Origin: a virus
Taxonomy: Duplodnaviria > Caudoviricetes
Length of the DNA: 54,882 nt
Strand: one strand, 5' to 3'
IMG/VR virus record: IMGVR_UViG_3300017747_001103
Coordinates: 1 to 54,882 of that record
Shown here: positions 25,354 to 34,880 of the stretch, one piece after another
How the letters are laid out: each line of letters begins with the position of its first letter
How positions within the stretch are numbered: position 1 is the stretch's first letter
Notes under the pieces: generated by a model
Database searches by the model: none
Told to the model about the DNA's origin: nothing
What the model saw: the letters and a program-made list of their open reading frames with translations, nothing else
Program-made: the position numbers and the translations under genes

Positions 25354-27622
25354 TTGAGTATGGCCTTACGTCGCCCATATCGGCGTTTAAAATCAAACGA
25401 CCGAGCTGGTAATCACCACCTGCCACGTTAGATCTGAACGTCAAACGTAATTCTCTGCGTTGTTCACGCAAGTCAATCTTGCCAGTAGTTGGAGAGAATA
25501 CATAAGGCCCTGTAGTCACATCTTCCCCTTGTGCAAAGGGGCGTCCAGTAACGTACATCTCCATATCACCAGACTGAATAAAATCAGGCTCAGCACGCTC
25601 TAAATGCGTCCAGCGGTTATCTCCAACTTGGTTAGGCTGTGATGGGCCACCGCCTACCCAGCTAAGGTCATTAGTCTGGAAGTAGCTCTCTATCGCATTC
25701 ACACTTGCATTCTGAATTGAATCAGTGCCAATTTCATGTTGCCACAAAGACACAAAGTTCATTACTGTATTCACAAGCAAAACAAACCCACTACCAGCGG
25801 GAGGTAATGTGGCAGATAAAGTATTGTTGACTGCGTAGTCAATCCCATGCGCCGTAATGGTTACGGTTGTAACTACACCACCAGCAACGACTATTGTGGC
25901 AAAGGCACCAGTACCTGAGCCGCCAGTTAACGCAATATTGGTGTAAGTGCCGTTTGTATAGCCAGAGCCAGCGTTATCAATCGTAAAAGCGTTAACGCCA
26001 CCTTCTGCCTGCAATTCATACCCAACATTTAATGGGTAGTGGAAAACCTGAGAGAAGTATCCAGACGACCTGTAAGAACCTAAAGCCTGTCCAGCGTCAT
26101 ACCAAGTATTTTCACGAATGTTATAGATAATCGCGTCATTGCACTCTGTAGAGTCGCCGCGGGGATAGAACCACCAGATTTCACCAAAACGGGGAACCTT
26201 GTTTACATACACTTTTTGACGCTGAGCATAGTTCAGGTTGTCATAAAAGTAGTTCTGATTCATGTTGTTAGGTATTTCTTTGACCACGCCGTTGTACATT
26301 AGGAAGCGGTCAACGCCACACCAGTAATAAATACCGTCATATTCAATAACTGACTGGCTGGACAATATTGAAGACTGGCTAGAAATAATATCGTACCGCC
26401 AGTACAAAGTAGTAGTCACACCACCGCTAGTTATGTTTGTCGGCGCATAGGACACACGGATCAACGAATCTAATGACCAAAACATACCAGAAGGCGAGTT
26501 AGAGCCACCACGCACTGGCAAGGCTTGTACAACCTTTGAGCTGGCTACGTTAGTCTCATTAGCTGTGGCACCGTTCCAGTCCGTAGGATCACCAGCAGCG
26601 CAGTTCTTAATTAAACCGTTATTCCCATAAACAAATACATATGGGTGAAGAACTACTACACCGCCAGATACAGAAATATTATTGTCAAAAGTTAGAGTTA
26701 CGGTTCCGCTGGCTGTTGCCGCTGCGCTTAAAACTACAGTCTGTACGGTAGAAGTTACAACCGCCAAGGTAGAAATTGTCCCTGAAAACCCTGTGCCGCC
26801 TGCTAAGCTTGGTAGAGTAAAACTGTCTCCAGCAACGTAATTAGAGCCAATAGCTGTAACCGTCACAGAGCTAATAGAACCAGAAGCCACTACTACTGTA
26901 GCCAAGCCACCAGACCCACTACCGCTAACAATTGCAACGCCAGTAAATGTTCCGTTTGTATACGCCGAGCCTACATTGTTAATTAATACAGTTCCTATAG
27001 ACCCGTATGAACTAGAAAAATAATTAGTTACCGTTGTGCTTGACGGAATACCTGTGCCAGTAACCGTTTGCCCAATTGCTACTTTTGTATTAACAGCAGA
27101 AAGAGTAACTTGAGTGCTTGCATTTACCGTTGTTCCGGTAGCAGTAAAGATGCCAATCTTCTGCATTGTAGTGCCAGTAATATTGCCAATTAATACCGGA
27201 GTATTGGTCGTATTAGCAATGTCTGACAAGTTTTGACCGGGGTGGGTTACCAATTGCTCAGTACCAGCGCCTGTTGTGTCGAAAAAAGAATCAAACTGCC
27301 AAAGGTTGTTAACGCTTACTGTGAAGTTTGACAACGTAAAATCAGACACTCCAGAGCCCGTTCCGTTGTTTGTAATTGGAAGGACTTGTAAGCCTGCAGA
27401 ATAGCCGTTGTAGACGTAGTTGAAGTTAGGTTGTGGGTTTAGGTATAAGCCACGCGACGGGCCTGCTAGACGGTCTGTAATTTGACGGTAGCCACCAATT
27501 TTACGTGGGCGACCACGCTGGAACCTTACCCAGCGGCCATCCACATAAAAACTCATATCAAAAATTGTGCCGTCCCGCTGAATGCCGGGTTGCGTATCAA
27601 GGGCAAATACCTTTTTGGTCAT
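25346..27622 (-). CDS. Tail nozzle/stabilisation protein (P22 gp10-like beta-propeller) with inserted repeats
   Basis: WVRFQRGRPRKIGG, YWCGVDRFLMYNGVV, FGEIWWFYP, YNIRENTWY. Confidence 0.75.
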   Translation of the reverse strand: MTKKVFALDTQPGIQRDGTIFDMSFYVDGRWVRFQRGRPRKIGGYRQITDRLAGPSRGLYLNPQPNFNYVYNGYSAGLQVLPITNNGTGSGVSDFTLSNFTVSVNNLWQFDSFFDTTGAGTEQLVTHPGQNLSDIANTTNTPVLIGNITGTTMQKIGIFTATGTTVNASTQVTLSAVNTKVAIGQTVTGTGIPSSTTVTNYFSSSYGSIGTVLINNVGSAYTNGTFTGVAIVSGSGSGGLATVVVASGSISSVTVTAIGSNYVAGDSFTLPSLAGGTGFSGTISTLAVVTSTVQTVVLSAAATASGTVTLTFDNNISVSGGVVVLHPYVFVYGNNGLIKNCAAGDPTDWNGATANETNVASSKVVQALPVRGGSNSPSGMFWSLDSLIRVSYAPTNITSGGVTTTLYWRYDIISSQSSILSSQSVIEYDGIYYWCGVDRFLMYNGVVKEIPNNMNQNYFYDNLNYAQRQKVYVNKVPRFGEIWWFYPRGDSTECNDAIIYNIRENTWYDAGQALGSYRSSGYFSQVFHYPLNVGYELQAEGGVNAFTIDNAGSGYTNGTYTNIALTGGSGTGAFATIVVAGGVVTTVTITAHGIDYAVNNTLSATLPPAGSGFVLLVNTVMNFVSLWQHEIGTDSIQNASVNAIESYFQTNDLSWVGGGPSQPNQVGDNRWTHLERAEPDFIQSGDMEMYVTGRPFAQGEDVTTGPYVFSPTTGKIDLREQRRELRLTFRSNVAGGDYQLGRLILNADMGDVRPYSNG

Positions 27623-28875
27623 GTAAACACGCCCCCAGCAATACCCGTAGTAAACGTGCCAGTTGTGCCATTTACGGTGCCAGTTATTGTTAACCCAGTA
27701 GCCGTTAAATTAAGACGTTGTGTCCCCAATATAGACATGTTCAGTTGACCAGTGCCGGGGCGGTAAATACCTGTATTTGTCTCTGCCGCAAAGTTCATAC
27801 CCGGTAGGGTCGCTGTACCACTAACAATACTAAGGTTAGTAGCTCCAACCTGAACTGTATTTGCATTTAAAAAGTTTGTGCCGTCGCAAATCAACGTAAC
27901 CTGAGCGCCAACTGGAATAACCGCATTAAAACCACCACTAACACCCGTTGAAACTGTCAACGTAAAACCGTTGTCTACTGTTTGATTACTAATGACGTAG
28001 AAGTTAACCGCAGGCGGGTAGTAAGCAATGACGTTGCCAGTCAAGGTTCCTACGTATTCTTGAATCGTATTTGCAGCTTCACTAGGAGTAATGTTGTAGC
28101 TGCCAGTAGTGACTGCTTTAACTAACGAGCTAAACGCAAAGTTTGAGCTTTGGCCATAGCCAACAGTTAACCACTCTGATCCTGTACAAACAATAAAAGC
28201 CGACTCGTCTGGGGCAAAGATTTTTGTCAGACCCAAGTCAATAGTCTGTGAGCCATAACAGTCAACAGTCAAAGAACCTGTGCCATTATTTTTCAGCAAG
28301 AAAAAGTAATTGTCGCCAACATCAGCTACAGCAGGTAAGTTGACTGTTCCCGTACCACTTACCCAAACTTTGGTTTGAGCTCGGTCAGCGGCAACAAATG
28401 CATAGCCAGTAGAAAAAGTAGTTGCAGGATGGCTTTGATTTAGTGTTGTTGAAACAGCAACCAAACCAAGCCCAGCAAGAGTAGCAGAGTCAGCAGAACT
28501 GGTGCCAGCACCAAAGTCAATGACACCCCAAGTACCAGCTGCGGTACTGTTTGTAGTGATGTAAACGTACTGCGCTTTATTGGCTGCAACTGTGACAATT
28601 GTGCCTCCAGCATTGTCTTTGACGGTAAAAGCCGTTCCCGTCATGTTACGTATTAGGGAATCCTCACCAACGGAAACTTGGTTAGCTGGCGGCATGGTCA
28701 GCGACAACCCAGCTGTTGACGGCGTTACTTGCATAATACGTGCAACGTAGTCGCCTGATGCGTTACCGTTAATAGGCCAAGACAGAGTCGTATCTGCAGT
28801 CAGGCTAATTGCCCGAAAACTAACGTCTGTTGGCTGTACAACGTCGCCAGTAAAAGGGGAAACGTAAGAAGTCAT
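27619..28875 (-). CDS. Tail/fibre-associated structural protein
   Basis: Beta-rich, T/G-rich; repeated TL..P...Y...N modules. Confidence 0.7.
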   Translation of the reverse strand: MTSYVSPFTGDVVQPTDVSFRAISLTADTTLSWPINGNASGDYVARIMQVTPSTAGLSLTMPPANQVSVGEDSLIRNMTGTAFTVKDNAGGTIVTVAANKAQYVYITTNSTAAGTWGVIDFGAGTSSADSATLAGLGLVAVSTTLNQSHPATTFSTGYAFVAADRAQTKVWVSGTGTVNLPAVADVGDNYFFLLKNNGTGSLTVDCYGSQTIDLGLTKIFAPDESAFIVCTGSEWLTVGYGQSSNFAFSSLVKAVTTGSYNITPSEAANTIQEYVGTLTGNVIAYYPPAVNFYVISNQTVDNGFTLTVSTGVSGGFNAVIPVGAQVTLICDGTNFLNANTVQVGATNLSIVSGTATLPGMNFAAETNTGIYRPGTGQLNMSILGTQRLNLTATGLTITGTVNGTTGTFTTGIAGGVFT

Positions 28876-28877
28876 AA

Positions 28878-29507
28878 TTAGCTATCCATCGCAACAGCCT
28901 GACGATCACCCATACGCTGGACATCCTCAGTTTTAAGTGTCTGAATAATTTGCTGATACTGCGCCTGCCACATAGGTATGCGCTCATCGTTCTTTAAGAA
29001 CGGCATAGCCTGTAGCAAAGCGCCGTACAGCAGCGCTTGAGGTGCGTACTCAGTAAACCAGTTGGTTTGATTCGTGTCGTCCAGAGGCTGTAAGCGCTGG
29101 TAATACAGGATTTCAAAGGTATAAGCAGCCACAGGCGTCGGCGCTACTAGCCAATGTGTGTAGTCATAGTCTGCGTAATAGGCAGGAGTACCAGTAGCGG
29201 TTGCATCAGGCCAATATTCACGCAGATACTCATATTTGCGTAAGAAAACAGGTTGTCTTTCGCCAGAAACCACCACATTCATTGAGACTGTCTTGTGCCA
29301 ACGAGCTGGTTTTGCAATTATGGCTTCACCAATAACCATAGTGCTGTTATTTACAGTCAAGTTTCCAAGGAATTTGATTTCGCTGGCAATCACTTGCTCA
29401 GCTAACATAATAAAGGTAGGAATTTTGGCAAGCGTCTGGGAATCGGAGCGCTCCAAGTAGCTGGCTATATCATCTGCCAAAGACGTGTATGTCATTGAAG
29501 CTGCCAT
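28878..29507 (-). CDS. Head-tail adaptor (tail tubular A-like)
   Basis: IPTFIMLAE, GTPAYYA, VAPTP, TNWF...LLYGAL..A.PFLKND. Confidence 0.8.
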   Translation of the reverse strand: MAASMTYTSLADDIASYLERSDSQTLAKIPTFIMLAEQVIASEIKFLGNLTVNNSTMVIGEAIIAKPARWHKTVSMNVVVSGERQPVFLRKYEYLREYWPDATATGTPAYYADYDYTHWLVAPTPVAAYTFEILYYQRLQPLDDTNQTNWFTEYAPQALLYGALLQAMPFLKNDERIPMWQAQYQQIIQTLKTEDVQRMGDRQAVAMDS

Positions 29508-29568
29508 TACCGTTTACCTTTCAAAGAGCCATGCATCATTTTAAGCTCCTATTGCATTTTTGTGAATA

Positions 29569-30045
29569 TCAAAGTAGATAAAGAGCGCGTTCATCCTTGC
29601 GTCTATTCTCAAGACCTCTAAGGACTTTGCCGCCAGCTTTTGTGTACTTCATAAACTCTTCTGCAGCGCCCTTGTAATCGCCTCTATTGTGCCTTTGGCG
29701 AAGCGTAGAACGTTGCAGAGTACCTAAGCCTACATTAAAGGAAAAACTGACCAGAGCGTCCATCCAGCCTTGCCTAGAGCCAGCACTAGGACAATATTTA
29801 AGAACTCCGCGCTCAAACCGCTCAAGGTCTTTAGCAAGTATGGCATCCGACTCTTCCATCGTAAATGTTCTGTTCCAACCTTCTGGAATTACCAGATTGT
29901 TGCGCTCTTCAAACGGCACCCTTGCATGACTCGGTTCAATTACATGGCCAACGCAAACAGTCCACAACCTAGCAGGGCATCGGTATGGCTTTAATCTGAT
30001 GCCCTCGTGATGGGCAATCATTTTGATAGCTTTTGGGCTAATCAT
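29569..30045 (-). CDS. Endolysin, GH24 lysozyme
   Basis: HHEGIRLKPYRCPARLWTVCVGH (E-x8-C-x5-T), DALVSFSFNVG, GLENRRKDE. Confidence 0.93.
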   Translation of the reverse strand: MISPKAIKMIAHHEGIRLKPYRCPARLWTVCVGHVIEPSHARVPFEERNNLVIPEGWNRTFTMEESDAILAKDLERFERGVLKYCPSAGSRQGWMDALVSFSFNVGLGTLQRSTLRQRHNRGDYKGAAEEFMKYTKAGGKVLRGLENRRKDERALYLL

Positions 30046-30659
30046 ATCAATTTAGTACCTTTGTTTTTATACAAATTTTCCAAATCTTTTATGTGGTCTG
30101 AGCCAACAAAATAAACGCCTTTGGGCTGGGATAAAAGCCACATGTCGCGGTAATTATTTGCTTTGTCTGCCATCTTCTTTGCGGGAGTATTACCAGATTC
30201 CCACATAGCACGTTCGCCTTTATCAATAAACTTAGTTACATTTTCTTTAGTTGCTTGAGCACGACTTAACTTTAAATAATCAGCACCCATCTCTTCTAAA
30301 AAACTTGTCAACGTATCTGCGTCAAACCGTTTGTTTTTAAAATAGCCAAATTTGCTTTGGGTATTTAATATACGGTTAAAAATAGCGCCCTCACCAACCA
30401 AAATTTTTTTTTGTTCATTTGTTGCTGTGTTAGCAAAAAGCACAAACAAAAAATGTTTGGGGTAACCTTTTATATTTTTTGCGGCAGCATCATCCCATGA
30501 TCCTTTGTATAAAACGCCCGGTATCTTGTCGCCGCCGTCACCTTCGTACCACGCACCATACTTTTCGGTTGCTGCTTTAATTTGTGGCGGTAACGATACT
30601 TTTTTACCGTGTACCTGACCAACAAACATCAACTCGGGGCGAATAGAAAAAGTTTTCAT
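30042..30659 (-). CDS. Putative TraB/Tiki/EreA-ChaN-fold hydrolase
   Basis: FVGQVH...WYEG...RDMW...FVGSDH motif order; AT-rich. Confidence 0.5.
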   Translation of the reverse strand: MKTFSIRPELMFVGQVHGKKVSLPPQIKAATEKYGAWYEGDGGDKIPGVLYKGSWDDAAAKNIKGYPKHFLFVLFANTATNEQKKILVGEGAIFNRILNTQSKFGYFKNKRFDADTLTSFLEEMGADYLKLSRAQATKENVTKFIDKGERAMWESGNTPAKKMADKANNYRDMWLLSQPKGVYFVGSDHIKDLENLYKNKGTKLI

Positions 30660-31171
30660 TTGCCAAACGCCCGACCGCCGAAGTGAAACGCTATGATGCT
30701 GGCAAACAGCGCCTGAGTTTCGTTATCCCAAAGCTGGTCAGCCAACGCATTAAATTCCACACCGCTAGTTAAACCTTTGTATGCCAGCACACTATCAATA
30801 CCCACTAGTAAGAAAAAGAACCCGTAAGTAATTACAGGTCTAACTGATGCGCGGAAATCTTTCATCCACTGGCTTGTACCTTCATTTAGGCTTGTATCGT
30901 GGGCATAGATAGCACTCATCTCTGCTTGCTGTGCGTCTATAAGAGATATTTTCTCGTCCGACGCGGTTTGCGTCCGTATCTCATCTAACTTGATGGCTTC
31001 AATCTGTTGTTGGGCAACGTACCCTGCGGCGGCTAGTTGTAGTTCGCGCTCTGTCTGCATCTGAGCTAGTTTTAGCTCATGCGATTTATCGGCACGGTCT
31101 TGGAATAAATCTAGTATCTTGGGCAAGCCACCCATTAAGAAACTAACAAGCGTTGAAAGTAATGTCAGCAT
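30656..31171 (-). CDS. Holin-like membrane protein
   Basis: DKSHEL, RASVRPVITY, TM helices, FHFGGR; adjacent to the endolysin. Confidence 0.7.
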   Translation of the reverse strand: MLTLLSTLVSFLMGGLPKILDLFQDRADKSHELKLAQMQTERELQLAAAGYVAQQQIEAIKLDEIRTQTASDEKISLIDAQQAEMSAIYAHDTSLNEGTSQWMKDFRASVRPVITYGFFFLLVGIDSVLAYKGLTSGVEFNALADQLWDNETQALFASIIAFHFGGRAFGK

Positions 31172-31431
31172 TATCTTTTAGCCCTTTCTTCCATTAACTT
31201 GATACGCACTTGCAGGTCATGCAAATCTTTATAAATATCTTCTTTTAATTTGTGCCTAGCTTCCGCGCTTAATGGGCTGTCTGTAGGAGTTCCCTGCGGA
31301 GTGATTAACGCTGGCATAGAACCTTCAATCTTAGTCAGGCGGGTATTGAACGAACCAACTTCACCAAGAAGCCAGCCGATAGCAGCTACAAGGATAGGCA
31401 ATACAGCTTTTAAAATATCTTGCATTGTCAT
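31171..31431 (-). CDS. Small membrane/coiled-coil protein (lysis region)
   Basis: N-terminal TM followed by coiled coil. Confidence 0.75.
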   Translation of the reverse strand: MTMQDILKAVLPILVAAIGWLLGEVGSFNTRLTKIEGSMPALITPQGTPTDSPLSAEARHKLKEDIYKDLHDLQVRIKLMEERAKR

Positions 31432-31724
31432 TGTTCCCCCTGCATTTGTAACATTATCTTTGCGCGTAACTCACGCATCTTCTTTGTTTCTTCCATCGCC
31501 AGAGCAGTTGCGTTTGCCATGTCCCCGTACATAATTGCCAGCGCAGGAATTGCAACAACTAGCACAAGACACACCACGATGACGGCGAAGAAAACTGCCC
31601 ATGAAACGTGTGACTCATTCGGATCAGAATCATTACCCATAGGAACCACGATATTATGAATAACACCGCGAGAATTAACGTCATTTGCTCCGCGATTTTT
31701 CTTTTTATATTTGCCCGTCGCCAT
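31428..31724 (-). CDS. Small membrane protein overlapping the upstream gene (start uncertain: 31724 or 31640)
   Basis: TM helix plus coiled coil; ATGA coupling downstream. Confidence 0.6.
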   Translation of the reverse strand: MATGKYKKKNRGANDVNSRGVIHNIVVPMGNDSDPNESHVSWAVFFAVIVVCLVLVVAIPALAIMYGDMANATALAMEETKKMRELRAKIMLQMQGEQ

Positions 31725-32170
31725 TGAGCTACCCTCTGTTTCTGTAGTTCTTGACGCTGAACCTCTGCTCTTTCTTCTTTCACCTTATCGCGCATAGCTT
31801 CAAAAGCCGTCCATATTGCACCGAGCTCTTTTGGTGCTGAGTACACGAGGGTTTCGCGTAACTCTGTTTCTAATCTATTCATTTCTTTTATTGCCATCAC
31901 CCTGTTAAAAGCTTCCTGATTAACAGATAGATCAGGGTCGCGAGACTTTTTGGCTTTTAACTCTTCTTCGTGAACATGCTTTTCAATTTGCTCATGCGCT
32001 TTAAAAAAATTCCCCAGATGGCCACTAATGTCAGCAACCACATCTTTGGCTTGACCGTAAGCGTCAACCAGTTCCATACCCTGTGCTTTGTATTCTTGAT
32101 ATGTAGAACACAATTGCCGCACAGCAGCCGCAGCCAATTTTGCACCCGCAAGGATTGTAAGAGGATCCAC
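31559..32170 (-). CDS. Coiled-coil membrane protein
   Basis: MDPLTILA start; C-terminal TM. Confidence 0.75.
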   Translation of the reverse strand: MDPLTILAGAKLAAAAVRQLCSTYQEYKAQGMELVDAYGQAKDVVADISGHLGNFFKAHEQIEKHVHEEELKAKKSRDPDLSVNQEAFNRVMAIKEMNRLETELRETLVYSAPKELGAIWTAFEAMRDKVKEERAEVQRQELQKQRVAQWRRANIKRKIAEQMTLILAVLFIISWFLWVMILIRMSHTFHGQFSSPSSWCVLC

Positions 32171-32171
32171 T

Positions 32172-32366
32172 TCATCCGATAAATCGTTTTAGCAGCTCAG
32201 CAGCCACACCGGGGCCTAACAACACAAGAACCATCAATGCATAGATCAAATGCTCAATCTTCTGCATACGCTTAGAGCCCTCATCAAATCTACGTTGAAT
32301 GCCCTCATATCGTTCAGCGCATACAGCTTCATGCACTGACAAACGTGTATCTGTATCCTCAGCCAT
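32172..32366 (-). CDS. Small TM protein (HEAVCAERY family)
   Basis: RLSVHEAVCAERY followed by TM. Confidence 0.8.
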   Translation of the reverse strand: MAEDTDTRLSVHEAVCAERYEGIQRRFDEGSKRMQKIEHLIYALMVLVLLGPGVAAELLKRFIG

Positions 32367-32532
32367 TTGCGACCTCGGGTTCTACCTTCTCAGCATTAGC
32401 CGCTTGTATCTGCGGGATAGCTTGGTTGTGAATGGCTTGAATAATCTGGAATGAATGAGTGTAAGGAAGCTGGCCTAATGCAGTCAGCAACTCGTTAATC
32501 TCATCAATCGTAAATTTTAAGTTAATGTCCAT
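32359..32532 (-). CDS. Hypothetical 57-aa protein
   Basis: Manual translation MDINLKFTIDEINELLTALGQLPY...IHNQAIPQI. Confidence 0.7.
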   Translation of the reverse strand: MDINLKFTIDEINELLTALGQLPYTHSFQIIQAIHNQAIPQIQAANAEKVEPEVANG

Positions 32533-32533
32533 A

Positions 32534-32842
32534 TCAAATAGATTGAGAAGTTAAAAAGTTTAAATCGGCGCTAGTTAATGCACCAAAATTAGCACTGGTT
32601 ATTGCTGGCAACGGTTCCGCAGTTAATTCTGTTTCTTGTGGCAATGTGTACTCAACCCATTGCTCTTGCGACTGACTCCACGACCAATTACCTGCTGGCT
32701 TAACATCACGAATAACCCAACCCGGTGGATACCACCAGACTACCTCTTTGCCTTCAGGTGCAATAGGAGCATCAGGCACTTCAATCCAGCCATCTGTGCC
32801 ATCTGTCTCTGTCTTAGGAATAGAACCATTTTTAGAAAACAT
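32534..32842 (-). CDS. Putative tail fibre chaperone
   Basis: Trp/Pro-rich, directly after the lectin-domain fibre; exact start uncertain. Confidence 0.55.
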   Translation of the reverse strand: MFSKNGSIPKTETDGTDGWIEVPDAPIAPEGKEVVWWYPPGWVIRDVKPAGNWSWSQSQEQWVEYTLPQETELTAEPLPAITSANFGALTSADLNFLTSQSI

Positions 32843-32849
32843 ACGTCAC

Positions 32850-34880
32850 CTATAGAAGAGGGAAGGCTGCTGTTGGGGCTGTAAATGTGGCTGTATACCG
32901 CGCATAGCCTTTGGTAATTCTAAAATCATCCATGTAGCCATCAAAATATTGCACACCGCCCGCAAAAGGGTTAACCCCAAGTGTTAAATTAGTTGTTGTT
33001 CCTGACATGCTTGTTGAATTTGTTGCGCTTGCTACTTGAGTACCATTTATAAACATTTTTAATGAAGTACCAGAACGGGCTACAGCAACATGTATCCACG
33101 TACCAGTGCTTGGAGTATTTGTATACGATATAAGCCCAGTATCACCATAACCAAAATTCCAAGCGCCTGTGTCTGAACGCCATTGCAATCCCCATCCAGT
33201 TGTTGAATTTAAATAATTTGTTGCTAATGCTTGAACTGTTGAAACAGAATTAAAATTAACCCAAAGCTCAATAGTAAAGTCACCAGTTCCAAAATCAAAA
33301 AAATCACTTTGTCTAATAGTTAAACGGTCAGTAGACCCGTTAAACTTCATGGAAGTAGTACCCCATTTAGCTGTGGTTGTACTTACCTGTGCGCTACCTA
33401 CAGTCTCTAGTACATTCTTTGCAGCAGAGTCAAAGATGCCAGCGTTAGTGTAGTTAATCAAAAGCTGTGTGTTAGTTACTGCAGTTGGCGGTGCGGTCGG
33501 TACAGTAATTGTTGACTGCGTTGGATCGTATGCACCTGAACCCTTTATAAATCTTTGACCAGACACATAACCAAAGATTAGTTCCGCACCAGATACATTT
33601 GCACCAATAGTTATTGTTGTTCTAGTAGTCGGCTTAGTAATGGCGTTTGTTGCTGTACCTTCTCTTACCCCATTTACAAACAACGCAATGTTATTAGACG
33701 CATCTGTTGCAACAACAACGTGATGCCATTGGTAAGGTTGTCTTGTAGCAGCACCGTTTATAAATGCTGGTGAACTGGCATTGTTATATACTAGATAAAA
33801 CTTATTTACGTCAAAAGCAATAGCATACTCAATGCCATTAGACGCTGACCAACTAAGCGCACCACCATGTTTATAAGCAAAGTGTTGACCAGCAACGGCT
33901 GATGTTGGGTAAACCCAAGCCTCAAATGACGCAACTAAACCACCAAGATCAAGATTATTGGCAGAATCAGTAAAGGTAAGATAATCCCCCGTACCATCAA
34001 AATACCCACTACCACCTACTACAGCAGCGTCATATTCAATAGTAGGTAAGAATGGAGAGAAGGCTTGGACGGATACGGAACCGTTAGCGGTGACCGTTGC
34101 AGGACTAGCACTATTATCAACAAATCTATTAGATTGGCAGGTGAGTAATGTTGTGCCTGTGATTGCAGTCAATGGTGTAGTGCTTGGTGTAAAGTTACTT
34201 GTATAAACAGTAGTAGTAGTGAACCTAGCATTACTAATGTATCCACTAAAGAAAACGTCCCCAGCACTACCAATATTAGTTCTACCAATACACAATTGAG
34301 GAGTGGGAGTTACGGGCGTTCCTGCTTTTGTTCCTGTTGCCGAGCTTACGCCATTAATATAAATAGTAAAGTTGCTTGTTCCATCATAAACAAAAGCTAC
34401 GTGCGTCCATGTATTTAATGGAACGGTTCCAGTTGTTGTTGTTATTTGTGGAGTGGTAGTAAAATACCTAAACGCCACTTGACTTGAAGTGTTTATATAA
34501 AGTTCAAATTGATTTGAAGAGGATAAATCTGAAAGAGCAAAAATTGCGTTATTTGCAGCTACCGAAGTAACGTAAACCCATGCTTCGTATGTTCTAGCTC
34601 CTGTATTAAATACAAAATTAGCATTGTATGGAACTGTCAAATAATTAGCACTACTACTAAAAAAATTCCCCCACCCCGTCTGACTAAACGGAGTAAATGT
34701 TCCCTGCGTAGTATTACCGTTCCTAGTAATCGTGAAGTTATTAGTCGAGCTATCTAAGAACGTATTGTTTTGAGCGCCATTAGTCGCCGTTGTGTTTAGC
34801 AACAACGTGACAAGGTTAAAGTAAGCGTCTTTAATAACAGACGCAGCTCCAGCCAACAATAAATTAAGAATCCCAGACAT
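32850..34880 (-). CDS. Receptor-binding/fibre protein with three LamG (ConA-like) domains
   Basis: Three T(I/Y)ExWV...WxHV...FINGV...GYxxxxR repeats; probable start 34880. Confidence 0.85.
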   Translation of the reverse strand: MSGILNLLLAGAASVIKDAYFNLVTLLLNTTATNGAQNNTFLDSSTNNFTITRNGNTTQGTFTPFSQTGWGNFFSSSANYLTVPYNANFVFNTGARTYEAWVYVTSVAANNAIFALSDLSSSNQFELYINTSSQVAFRYFTTTPQITTTTGTVPLNTWTHVAFVYDGTSNFTIYINGVSSATGTKAGTPVTPTPQLCIGRTNIGSAGDVFFSGYISNARFTTTTVYTSNFTPSTTPLTAITGTTLLTCQSNRFVDNSASPATVTANGSVSVQAFSPFLPTIEYDAAVVGGSGYFDGTGDYLTFTDSANNLDLGGLVASFEAWVYPTSAVAGQHFAYKHGGALSWSASNGIEYAIAFDVNKFYLVYNNASSPAFINGAATRQPYQWHHVVVATDASNNIALFVNGVREGTATNAITKPTTRTTITIGANVSGAELIFGYVSGQRFIKGSGAYDPTQSTITVPTAPPTAVTNTQLLINYTNAGIFDSAAKNVLETVGSAQVSTTTAKWGTTSMKFNGSTDRLTIRQSDFFDFGTGDFTIELWVNFNSVSTVQALATNYLNSTTGWGLQWRSDTGAWNFGYGDTGLISYTNTPSTGTWIHVAVARSGTSLKMFINGTQVASATNSTSMSGTTTNLTLGVNPFAGGVQYFDGYMDDFRITKGYARYTATFTAPTAAFPLL

